64,000 bases of DNA, from positions 128,001 to 192,000 of the forward strand of contig CAVQUB010000021.1 in NCBI GenBank assembly GCA_963716725.1. Reading direction: 5' to 3'. Under the pieces are notes generated by a model. The model was given only the letters and a program-made list of their open reading frames with translations. It ran no database searches and was not told the DNA's origin. Numbering within the stretch: position 1 is the first letter of the stretch; each line of letters opens with the position of its first letter. This DNA comes from an uncultured delta proteobacterium. Lineage in GTDB: Bacteria; Myxococcota_A; Polyangia; Polyangiales; Polyangiaceae. Shown in pieces: positions 25,001-33,222 of this stretch. The translations under genes and the position numbers were made by a program.

Positions 25001-26759
25001 TGTAGACCACGACTCCGCGACGCGCCGGATCGAGCTGGCTTGCCGCCAGCGTGAGCATGCCGCCGAGATCGGTGGCTCCGCCGCGAGACAGGCTGGCGAG
25101 CGCCGCGGAGTAGCGCTGACGCACGGCCGTGTCGATCTTCGCGAGCCCGGTCAGGTCCGGAAGCAGCGGCCGAAGCGATTCGGCGCCGGCCCACACCACG
25201 GCCCGGTCCTCGTCGCCCAGGTGACTGAGCAATCCCATGGCCGCCGCCCGCGCGAGGGCCATGCTCGACGCATCGTTGGCCGCCGACGCATCGACGACAA
25301 TGGCGAGATCGAGTCCGCCGGCTTGCACCGGCAGATCCGTCGCGCGCAAGGGGACGAGCACGTAGCCCACCTCGCCGATCGCGGTCTTGTTGGCTTCGGT
25401 GCGTGCGTCCGGCGCGAGCACTTCGAGATCCGGAGAGTGCTTGGCGTGATATGCGCCCGCAGCGCTCACTCCGTCGTCGAACAGCTCAACGGAAAGATCC
25501 GCGCGCGGAACGTAGTCTTGCGCGCGCACTATCACTTCGGTGCCCTGGCGTGTGCCGGCCATGCCGACCCGAACGTCCTTCGCTCGCGCCTTCGCGAGCT
25601 CCACCTTGATGGTCAGTTCTTCGATCACGGGCAGCGAAGCGTCAGTGCCCTCCGCTGCCATCGGATACACGTAGTGGCGCCGCTCCCCTCGCTTCCCGTT
25701 GCGCGGCAACCACTCGGTGTAGCGCACGACCACGCGCCGCGACTCGCCGGGGCCAATCGGGTACAGCCGCGCGCGATAAGCCCCGGGACCTTCCCACTCG
25801 AGCAAGGCGGGATCTTCGGTCGATCCGGCGTAGACGTTGGACTGATACTGCGCGGCCGCCGCTGCGCTCTCCTTGACTCGGCCCCACACCACCTCGCCGT
25901 CGCGATCGACACCAAAGCGATGGATAGAAGCGCCCTCGGGCGATCGGAAGCGGTAGATGCCTTCCACCGTGGCCGAGGTCGGGTTGAAGAAGCGTTGGTC
26001 CACCTCCGTCACCGCAAAGTCGCCGTCCACGCTGACCCGCACGTCGAGGCGCTGGATGGCGAGCGGAAAGCGCGGCGAGCCGACGTTGCCCGGCGGACGT
26101 GCGCCCACGGTGCCCACTCCGAAGGGGGCAGGAGTCGCCACTGGATCGGTGGTCGCGAGCCCGCCGGTCCAGTCCTCCCAGACCTTCACGGCCTCGAGGG
26201 TGGGAGCGCCGTCTCGCTTCGCGAGCAGTCGTTCCCCGGCACGCGCGCGCACGGTGTCACCGAGACGCACCTCTCCGTCGAGCACATAGGCCTCGGTGGT
26301 GCCGTCCGCGGACACGTCGAGGCTGGCGCGGACCTTGGCGAGCTGCAGCTTGCCGCTCGGCACCTCGATCTCCGTCGCGCGGCTCACGGGCGAGTCGACG
26401 AAGATCCGTCCGGACTCGAGCTTCACGCCGTCTGCGTAGACCACCAGCTCGGCCGGCCCGCGCACCAGGAGGGTGGCCCCGGCGTCCCGTCGCAGCCAGG
26501 CCAATCCTCCCGGTTGCACCTTCACCCGGGATCCATCGACAAGGCGCTCCCGTGGATAGGGATCGCGCTCTTTCTCGTCGGGCAGCGTGACGAGCACCGC
26601 GCGCCGAACGGTGCGGAGCTCGGCCCAAGTTTGGCTGCGCGGCGCCAGCGGACGTTCGCGGCCGCCGCAGGCAAAGGTGGTGACCACCAGCAGGAAGAAA
26701 CCAAACCAGACGCCTAGACGCCTGGCGATGTGTGGACGCATGCTGCGTTGCCAGACCAT
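22005..26759 (-). CDS. Giant lipoprotein-like FecR-VIT-vWA-Gly-rich linker-TonB_C(AgmX/PglI/GltG-like)-TPR protein
   Basis: GGAGG RBS before ATG 26759; TFAC lipobox; VIT-like VTEVDQRFFNP...DPALLEW; vWA GGATDLG, YIGDG; GKLPPEVVQRIVRQNFGRFRLCYE...FPQPEGGIVTVSYP; TPR region. Confidence 0.88.
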   Translation of the reverse strand: MVWQRSMRPHIARRLGVWFGFFLLVVTTFACGGRERPLAPRSQTWAELRTVRRAVLVTLPDEKERDPYPRERLVDGSRVKVQPGGLAWLRRDAGATLLVRGPAELVVYADGVKLESGRIFVDSPVSRATEIEVPSGKLQLAKVRASLDVSADGTTEAYVLDGEVRLGDTVRARAGERLLAKRDGAPTLEAVKVWEDWTGGLATTDPVATPAPFGVGTVGARPPGNVGSPRFPLAIQRLDVRVSVDGDFAVTEVDQRFFNPTSATVEGIYRFRSPEGASIHRFGVDRDGEVVWGRVKESAAAAAQYQSNVYAGSTEDPALLEWEGPGAYRARLYPIGPGESRRVVVRYTEWLPRNGKRGERRHYVYPMAAEGTDASLPVIEELTIKVELAKARAKDVRVGMAGTRQGTEVIVRAQDYVPRADLSVELFDDGVSAAGAYHAKHSPDLEVLAPDARTEANKTAIGEVGYVLVPLRATDLPVQAGGLDLAIVVDASAANDASSMALARAAAMGLLSHLGDEDRAVVWAGAESLRPLLPDLTGLAKIDTAVRQRYSAALASLSRGGATDLGGMLTLAASQLDPARRGVVVYIGDGLPTVGEITLKDLEQKMSKLPRPPRVFSLGVGRDVDMALLAGLASGGFASRLDDAASAARAGLAVLERAERPAWLGTEISLGESVERIYPRGSGALVADETVIVVGRTAGATPRKITVTTREGKKELPLDPRALDDQGDLRRRWAEARLGELLRERAGRAAMVDVGSRFGIITPVTSYYVPTARELAEERRKRMTEEDLEREREREEVAEETAKSDNKEGGTGTRAKGEEGSMGRPASASAKRYGVEGPRDNADPHIARQQALKDSSEFGMIGLLNTGAGGDPSAPTAPWGRDDSLAASPPAAPAPEAAATAAAPVAKAERAPAAGEDKPSEAPETKSAKGNTWGDQIGDASGAGGLGLSGIGEGGGGRGEGIGLGSIGTIGKGAGTGSGQGFGSGHGRLGGAHATSVPSVRMGATQVTGKLPPEVVQRIVRQNFGRFRLCYEQGLQRNPNLEGRVAVRFVINAQGEVANARNGDSDVPDSGVVACVVAAFTGLSFPQPEGGIVTVSYPIMFSPGGGGGTKPEKIDAPFVVVGLDVIPRFVIRCSAAADLPLSDRVTLWRERLSKMAGSPGGVLGVYQTALRGCEAPSWTERRRLLSLMLDALGSVQMRVGLWKLMQNDATAADSLYRGIVARIKTAQQMRELHAALGLKSMDPGMLEKLLSETKDPSLRAAKLRVLVREWPDDFPLALRLLDALEDAGDFSGAADFAERLRARPDADAHVRTSIGELYLRIAASMKEPKGKAENEGLARRAFGEIVEFAPDDPVARRRLGDLLRAHGWFADARRQYETLATITPDDSSVALLLAAAAEGEGQVEAAVRWTEKGHGAGAPDVDSGPAATSRAFAATFLAWGRLAAREGKREQEAEDLAARAERVLASEGAKTGRGARVTLTWSHPELHPVLYTNALGAAMPASEGDVTLGIAQARMPSKGARWVEIRIEKGDVEAAARLGAELTLTVVFDELGKSEKIIKLPVRFERGGPPTIRFNLGTGEVTRG

Positions 26760-26934
26760 ATCGCGCCTCCGATGTTCCCCGGGGGGGCGACTATACGCCC
26801 GGGGATGGGGAAGCCGACGCCGCATTCGATCAATCTGCCGTGGCTTGCCCCATCCATTCTCAGGGCTCTGACCCGCTGGCCCGCGATTGATTGGCTCTTC
26901 GCTGGGTCCTGGGACAATTCGGCCCGGCTGCCGC

Positions 26935-28284
26935 CTACTCCTTCGGCGGCCGCACGCCGTACTTCGTCGTCATCGGCGGCTGATCGGGCGGCGCTTCGAC
27001 GGCGTACTCGGCCACCGACGGTGGTTCGTCCCCTTGGGGCGGCGGCTCGGGCGGCGGTTCGACAGCGTATTCCTCGACGGACGGAGGCTCGCCGGGGAAG
27101 GGATCCGCGGTCGGCGCCGCGGGGGGCGGGCCCTGAGGCTTGTCGCCCGCGCAACCGATGCCAAAGGCGGCTAGCAACGCCGCCGGCGCCAGCGCGAGGG
27201 GCGCGTACCGACGCTTGCTCTTCACGAGTGATCGCGCGTCGAGGGTCGCGACGCGGTGATAGCAGAAGGGGTTCTCACTGCCACCTTCGCAGGTGCGCAT
27301 ACTGAAGCAGCCGCCTCGGCAGATGTCTGCGTGCTCGCAGGTCCGACAGAAGCCCGTGAGGCTGTCCGTGGAGAAGCTCCGGTTGTACGAGAACGCACCT
27401 TCGCGGTGCCAGATGTCGGCGAGCGCGTGCTCCGCCAGGCTGCCTTCGGTCTCCTGGGTCGCTTGGAGTGAGAGGCAACCCTTGACGCTGCCGTCGGACT
27501 GGATGCCGAGGTGACGGCATCCCGCGAAGCAGCCGACCCAGCACTCGACCGGCGTCGACCGATGGCGGCGCAGCGTGGACTCGTATTTGCCGTAGTAGCC
27601 GATGTTGTTGGCGATACGAATGTTGATCGGCGAGCGTTCGACCAAGCTGGCGAGGGCCGGGATCAGCTGGAGCAAGTCCTTGGGGTCGAGCTGTTCGGAG
27701 CGGTGCTCGAGCAGGTTGCCCATGGCCGCGCCGAGCTGCAGCTGCCAGACGTACACCTTGCCGGCCAAGAGCTCTTCGATGGCGTCGAGCTCCCGCACGT
27801 TGCGCTTCTGCAGAGTCGTGACCACGCCGACGGGCGGACCGGCAGCGTGACAAGCTTCGATCAGCGCCATCACCCGCTTGAACGAGCCTGGCAGGCCGCG
27901 GTGTCGATCGTGGGTGGCTTCGAGACCGTCGAGGCTCGCCGCGATACTGACCAGCCCCGCCTCTTTGGCACGGCGCGGCAGCTCTTTGTCGGCACGGGCG
28001 GCGTTGGTGATCATGTTCACGGCGATGCCGCGTCCGGCAGCTTCAGCTCCCACGGCCTCCCAGTGCTTGGACAGCGTGGGCTCGCCGCCCGAGAGCGTGA
28101 GGGTGCGACAGCCGAGATCTGCGAGCTCGTTCGCGATCTCGAGCAATCGCGGCCGACCGAGCTCGTCCGGCCGCGGGTTGCCCGCCCGCGATCCGCAGTG
28201 ACCGCAGCGCAGGTTGCAGGCCAGCGTCAGCTCCCAAGTGCAGCTCTTCGGCACGTACCCCAGGCCGTCCACGATCTCGCGCAT
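26935..28284 (-). CDS. Radical SAM/SPASM peptide-modifying enzyme (PlpX/splicease-like) with a fused lipoprotein-like Pro-rich tail
   Basis: WELTLACNLRCGHCGSRAG (CxxxCxxC), SGGEP, WQLQL, NIGYYG, GCFAG...GIQSDGSVKGCLSL, FCRTCEHADICRGGC, NPFCYHR; GGAGG RBS. Confidence 0.9.
   Translation of the reverse strand: MREIVDGLGYVPKSCTWELTLACNLRCGHCGSRAGNPRPDELGRPRLLEIANELADLGCRTLTLSGGEPTLSKHWEAVGAEAAGRGIAVNMITNAARADKELPRRAKEAGLVSIAASLDGLEATHDRHRGLPGSFKRVMALIEACHAAGPPVGVVTTLQKRNVRELDAIEELLAGKVYVWQLQLGAAMGNLLEHRSEQLDPKDLLQLIPALASLVERSPINIRIANNIGYYGKYESTLRRHRSTPVECWVGCFAGCRHLGIQSDGSVKGCLSLQATQETEGSLAEHALADIWHREGAFSYNRSFSTDSLTGFCRTCEHADICRGGCFSMRTCEGGSENPFCYHRVATLDARSLVKSKRRYAPLALAPAALLAAFGIGCAGDKPQGPPPAAPTADPFPGEPPSVEEYAVEPPPEPPPQGDEPPSVAEYAVEAPPDQPPMTTKYGVRPPKE
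26944..27090 (-). repeat. Three degenerate peptide repeats in the radical SAM tail: EPPSVEEYAVEPP / EPPSVAEYAVEAP / QPPMTTKYGVRPP
   Basis: Visible in both the translation and the DNA. Confidence 0.85.
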
Positions 28285-28360
28285 CTCGTCGCCTCCTCGG
28301 CCTCGAGGCTAACGCCTTCCCGCGAGGCCCGAGCTGACCGAGGTCATGTCGACCGTCGGC

Positions 28361-29161
28361 TCAACGCCGCGGCTCGGCGCGCTTTCCGAGCACCTTCGCC
28401 ACGCCCATCGCCCGAAGCATTGGTCCCTCGAGACTCGGAATCAGCTGGCGCAGCGCCAAGAGTGGGCGCACGGGTCCCGCCGTCACGAGCACCTCACCCT
28501 TGCCCCGGATCACCTCGATCACCGCTTGGGCGACGGCATCCGGCGATACCTCTCGGAAGGCTGCCGGCGCCCGGAGCCCCGTGTCCGCCCACATGCCCGC
28601 ACCCGAGACGAAGCCGGGGCACACGACTCCGACATGAACCCCCGTCCCGTGCAACTCCACTTCGAGCGACGAGCTGAGACCCACGAGGCCGTGTTTGGTC
28701 GCGGCATAGACCGAGTTGTAAGGAGTCGCAGACTTGCCGGACATCGACGAGACGTTTACGATCACGCCGCTTCCACGGGCGATCATCGCCGGAAGCGACG
28801 CCCGCGTCAGCTCGATGGGCGCCACCAGGTTGATCTCGATCTGCGCGCGCACCTCGTCCTCGCTTTGATCGACCAACAGCTGGGTGACCTCGATCCCGGC
28901 GTTGTTGACCAGGATGTCGATGGCGGCCGCCTCCTTCGAGAGTCGTGCTCGATCCTCGGCCCGCGCGACGTCGGCCGAGACCACCTCGACCCGGACGCCC
29001 AGCGCGCGACACTTCTCGGCGACCTGATCGAGCTTCTCCCGGTCACGCGCCGCGAGCACGAGCGCGATGCCTTCGCGCGCCAGCCGCTCGGCAATGTGCA
29101 GGCCGAGCCCCCGTGACGCGCCTGTGACCAGCGCGCGCTGGCCTCTGAGATCCGCGGACAT
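28361..29161 (-). CDS. SDR family oxidoreductase
   Basis: TGASRGLG, NNAG, NVSS, YAATK. Confidence 0.93.
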   Translation of the reverse strand: MSADLRGQRALVTGASRGLGLHIAERLAREGIALVLAARDREKLDQVAEKCRALGVRVEVVSADVARAEDRARLSKEAAAIDILVNNAGIEVTQLLVDQSEDEVRAQIEINLVAPIELTRASLPAMIARGSGVIVNVSSMSGKSATPYNSVYAATKHGLVGLSSSLEVELHGTGVHVGVVCPGFVSGAGMWADTGLRAPAAFREVSPDAVAQAVIEVIRGKGEVLVTAGPVRPLLALRQLIPSLEGPMLRAMGVAKVLGKRAEPRR

Positions 29162-29248
29162 GCTCCGCCGCATGCCACGGGACCAAAGTGCGCGAAAGCC
29201 TCGTCGCCCGTATTTCGGTATAGTCCTCGATCGGGGGGCAAGCGCCTC

Positions 29249-31456
29249 ATGCAGGACACCACTCGCCTCGTTCTATCGGTTTCGGCGGCGCTGACCAGCG
29301 CCGAAGAGCGGGACGTCGACCGGTCCATCGAGCTGGCGCTGCGGCAGAGCGCCGAGCTCACCGGTGCCGACCGCACCTACGTCTTCCTGCTCTCGGACTC
29401 GGGCACGCAGATCAGCAATACCCACGAGTGGTGCACGCCGGGCATCGAGCCGGCGCGCGACCAACTGCAGCGCTTGCCGCTCGACGCATTTCCCCTTGCG
29501 TTCCGCGAGTTGCTCGCCGATCGCGATCTGGTCGTGCCCAAGGTGCTCGAAGCCCCGCCGGGACCCGATCGGGAGGAGTGGATCCGAGAGGGCATCCGAT
29601 CGCTCTATTGCACCCCCCTGCGCATCCACGACCAGACCGTCGGGTTTCTCGGCTGCGACTGGGTTCATCGCGAGCAAGCCCTCGACGACCCCACTCGAGA
29701 GCTGATCCGACTCACGACGCTGTTGGTCGCCACCGCTGTGACGCGGCGGCGAGCGATGCGCCGACTCGAATACAAGAACGACTTCGAGGCGCTCGTGCTG
29801 CGGATCGCCTCGGAGTTCATCAACCTGCGTGGTGAGCCGATCCGCGCGGCGGTCCACGAGGCTGTCGCCGACATCGCGAAGTTCGGCGAGTTCGAAGGCG
29901 CGTACCTGTTTCGCTTCCGGGACGATGGACGAGCGCTGCCGGAGTACCTGTGGCGGTCGCCGCCCATCTCGATGCCGGGTCCAGAGCTGGTGAACCAGCC
30001 CGATCCAGGGCGATTTCGCTGGTGGCGCGACCGCATGCGCGCTGGTCGGACCCTCACGCTCAGGAGCCTCGCCGACATCCCTCCCGAGCAGGTCGAGATC
30101 CGGAAGGTCCTCGCCGAACACGGCGTCGCGGCGGCCATCGACCTTCCGATCAGAATCGGTGGAGAAGTCTGGGGGTTCGTCGGATTCGTCTCCGCTCGCA
30201 GCCCGCGGCGATTCGACGCCGACGAGGTCCAGTTGCTCGAGCTGGCCGCCCAGACCCTGGCCGGAGGCATCGGCCGCGCTGAGGCCAATCGCGCCGAGAG
30301 CGAGCTCGCGGCGCAGCTGCTGCAGACGCAGAAGATGGACGCCGTCGGGCACCTGGCCGGAGGTGTCGCGCACGACTTCAACAACCTGCTCGTGGTCATC
30401 ACGCTTTCGCTGCACGCCGCCCGCCGTTCTCTCGGAATGAACCAGGGACAGACCGAGCAGGCGTTGGACGAGATCCAGAAGGCAGCGACCCGGGCGACCA
30501 AGCTCACCAAGCAGCTGCTCACGCTCGTTCGTCAGGCTCCGACCAGCGTGACCGTCCTTGATCTCAACGCCACGGTCGAGGAAGTGCTCTCGCTCGTCCG
30601 CCGGGTCCTGCCCAAGTCGGTCAGCGTGCGCTTCGCACCCGCAGCGCAATCGTTGCCCGTCAAGGCCGACGCGACCGAGATCGAACTCTGCCTCCTGAAC
30701 CTGTGCATGAACGCGCGCGATGCGATGCCGGAGGGCGGCGAGATCACGCTGAGCACCCGTCGGGTGGTCTTGACGCCGGAGGCCGGGCTTCCGCCTTGGT
30801 CCCGGCCTGGGCCTCACGTCTTGCTGGAGGTCAATGACACCGGCCACGGCATGGACGGCGAGACGGTTCGACGCTCCTTCGACCCATTCTTCACCACCAA
30901 GGAGCCGGACAAAGGCACCGGGTTGGGGCTGGCGGCGGTCTGGAACATCGTGAAAGGACATGGCGGCGTCGTGCGCGTCGAGAGCGAGCCGGGCGCCGGC
31001 AGCACCTTCTTGATCTACCTGCCCGAGGTCACCTCCGCCGCCGACGCCCTCCCTCCGAGCTCACCGGACGCTTCCCCGGGCGGGCACGAGACGGTGCTGC
31101 TCGCGGAGGACGACGAGATGGTGCGGCACAACGTCTCCGGCGTACTGCGCGGGGCGGGCTACCGGGTGCTCGAAGCGAAGGACGGTCAAGACGCCGTTGG
31201 TCTGCACTCCCGCAACGTGGGCAGCATCGATCTGATCGTGGTCGATGCGGTGATGCCGAGGAAGAGCGGCCTGCAAGTGTATCGCGAGATCTCCGCGCGC
31301 GACGCGAGAGTTCGAGTCTTGTTCACCAGCGGCTACAGCCGCGACGTATTCCCCGAAGAGTTCTTCGCCTCCGGCAAGCACGATCTGATCGCCAAGCCGT
31401 ACTCACCCGAGGCGTTGCTCGCCGCCGTTCGCGCTGCGCTGACACGCGCGGGTTGA
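29249..31456 (+). CDS. Cytoplasmic hybrid histidine kinase (GAF-GAF-HisKA-HATPase-REC)
   Basis: SNTHEW GAF; LAGGVAHDFNNLL; NARDAM; DTGHGM; PFFTTK; GTGLGLA; REC DAVMP and AKPY. Confidence 0.93.
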   Translation: MQDTTRLVLSVSAALTSAEERDVDRSIELALRQSAELTGADRTYVFLLSDSGTQISNTHEWCTPGIEPARDQLQRLPLDAFPLAFRELLADRDLVVPKVLEAPPGPDREEWIREGIRSLYCTPLRIHDQTVGFLGCDWVHREQALDDPTRELIRLTTLLVATAVTRRRAMRRLEYKNDFEALVLRIASEFINLRGEPIRAAVHEAVADIAKFGEFEGAYLFRFRDDGRALPEYLWRSPPISMPGPELVNQPDPGRFRWWRDRMRAGRTLTLRSLADIPPEQVEIRKVLAEHGVAAAIDLPIRIGGEVWGFVGFVSARSPRRFDADEVQLLELAAQTLAGGIGRAEANRAESELAAQLLQTQKMDAVGHLAGGVAHDFNNLLVVITLSLHAARRSLGMNQGQTEQALDEIQKAATRATKLTKQLLTLVRQAPTSVTVLDLNATVEEVLSLVRRVLPKSVSVRFAPAAQSLPVKADATEIELCLLNLCMNARDAMPEGGEITLSTRRVVLTPEAGLPPWSRPGPHVLLEVNDTGHGMDGETVRRSFDPFFTTKEPDKGTGLGLAAVWNIVKGHGGVVRVESEPGAGSTFLIYLPEVTSAADALPPSSPDASPGGHETVLLAEDDEMVRHNVSGVLRGAGYRVLEAKDGQDAVGLHSRNVGSIDLIVVDAVMPRKSGLQVYREISARDARVRVLFTSGYSRDVFPEEFFASGKHDLIAKPYSPEALLAAVRAALTRAG

Positions 31457-31680
31457 TGCGCGCGCCAGCAGACGCCAAGACCACGCTGCTTTACATGGCG
31501 AGTGGAGCTCCGTCCAACACCGCGACGGTGACGGACTCGACCGGCGAAGGCGGTTTCATCAACGTGAAGCCGGGCCCGGCGGCGCTCACCGGCTCCGTCG
31601 GTGGCAAGCCCTTCGGCACGGTGAAGGTCCTGGCGAGAGCCGGGTTTCTTTCACAATCGAACCTCGTGCCGACACCCTGA
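31453..31680 (+). pseudogene. Probable 3' remnant of a myxobacterial surface-protein gene (carboxypeptidase-regulatory-like C-terminal domain)
   Basis: 75 aa ...ATVTDSTGEGGFINVKPGP...VLARAGFLSQSNLVPTP resembles the C-terminus of larger lipoproteins; no signal peptide. Confidence 0.5.
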
Positions 31681-31748
31681 GCGCACCGGCCTGTTTTCAG
31701 TCGCCGTCGGCTTGATCTAGGCTGCGCCCGCCAACGACCGGAGGCCTC

Positions 31749-33110
31749 ATGCGCAGCTCGATCCTACTCATCCCGCTCCTGATTGCGTCCTGCTCGGGCC
31801 CCGCCGCGACCGGCGGCACGCCGCCGAGCACGAGCCCCGCGCCGACGGCGCGCGATCCGAAGCTGCCTGCCTGGAAGCTCGGTCACTTCTCGACGCCCGA
31901 CGGCATGGTCGGCGTGGTCATTGATCGAACCGGCGACGCCTTCAAGGTCCGGATGGACAAGTCGGAGGAGATCGTCGAGCTCTTCGAGGAGCCCCAGAAG
32001 AACTGGAAGGGACCCAAGGGAAAATTCCTCAACGGCCCCAAGGGTGAGCCTTGGTTCTTCCTCGGCGAGGATGGCGCGCTCTCGTACATCCAGCCCGAGA
32101 CTCTGTCGAACCTCGCCTACAACATCGAGAAGGGACGCGGCCTCTTGCCGCTAGCGCGGGACGCAGATGCCGACCCACTCGGCGCCGCGACGCACAAGGG
32201 TGTCGTGCAGCCACCTCCGGTGAAGAGCCCGGCGGAGAAATACAGCGATGACCTGCAAGCGCGATCGGTGATGGCGCGCTTCCCCGAGTTCAAGCCGCAA
32301 GATTCAGGCAACCTCGCCAAGGTCGAGGCGGCGTACAAGAAGGCGAAGTCGGACATGTTCGTGCACGTGCTCGCGCCCTACGCGGATCAATTCCGCTGGG
32401 TGCCCGCCTCGGGCAAGATCGACCAGACGGACCACGGTGGTGGTGACGTGCTGGTCCAGGGTCGCTCGGACAAAGCCTGGAAAGCCGGCGCGCCCGGCCT
32501 GGAGGGCCACGGGATTTCTCTGGTGACGGGCTGCGAGTTCAATCGACCCTGTCGCGTCGGCCAGGTCGCCCTGGAAGGCTGGCCCGCGCCGCCCAAGGCA
32601 CAAACCGTGGGGCTGGTCTGGGACGTGGACGGCACCTTCATCGTGTTGGTCACGCCGGACGGTGGTCGTTACCGCATTGGCCAGTGGTGGGGCGAATACG
32701 CGACCAAGGGTGGCCCGTTGAAGACCGGCGCGACCGCGGAGGCGAGCTGGCCGCCGCCGCTCCAGCACGAGACCTACGATCTGTCCGCGATCAAGCTGCT
32801 GGCCAAGGGAGGAGCAATCCCGCAGGCGGAGGCCGACGCCGTGGCTGCCCTCGAAGAGGCTCACTTCAAGTGCACGCAGGAGGTGTGGAAGAAGGGCCAC
32901 GCCCAGCAAGAGAAGATCGAGGCGAGCGCAGAGCCTGCGAACACGAAGTACGGCAAGCTCTCGGGGATCGCCAAGCAGCACGAGAAGCTCGCCGAGAAGC
33001 AGTGCGCTCCTACAGTGAAGAAGTACGAGCGCGGGGTGCTCGACTTCATCGCTGCGCGCAGCAAGCAGCGAAGGGCGCTCTACGAAGCGGTCAAGCCGTT
33101 GGTGAAGTAG
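31749..33110 (+). CDS. Hypothetical lipoprotein
   Basis: GGAGG RBS, LIASC lipobox, 453-aa ORF with coding-like codon bias. Confidence 0.8.
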   Translation: MRSSILLIPLLIASCSGPAATGGTPPSTSPAPTARDPKLPAWKLGHFSTPDGMVGVVIDRTGDAFKVRMDKSEEIVELFEEPQKNWKGPKGKFLNGPKGEPWFFLGEDGALSYIQPETLSNLAYNIEKGRGLLPLARDADADPLGAATHKGVVQPPPVKSPAEKYSDDLQARSVMARFPEFKPQDSGNLAKVEAAYKKAKSDMFVHVLAPYADQFRWVPASGKIDQTDHGGGDVLVQGRSDKAWKAGAPGLEGHGISLVTGCEFNRPCRVGQVALEGWPAPPKAQTVGLVWDVDGTFIVLVTPDGGRYRIGQWWGEYATKGGPLKTGATAEASWPPPLQHETYDLSAIKLLAKGGAIPQAEADAVAALEEAHFKCTQEVWKKGHAQQEKIEASAEPANTKYGKLSGIAKQHEKLAEKQCAPTVKKYERGVLDFIAARSKQRRALYEAVKPLVK

Positions 33111-33222
33111 CCGCCGCGGCGCCTGAAAAGGGTTTCGCCTCCGGCGAGCACGACTCGAGGACCAAGCCGTACCCACCCGAGGCGATGCCCGTGGCCCTTC
33201 GAGCGGCCGCGTCGCGAACCAG

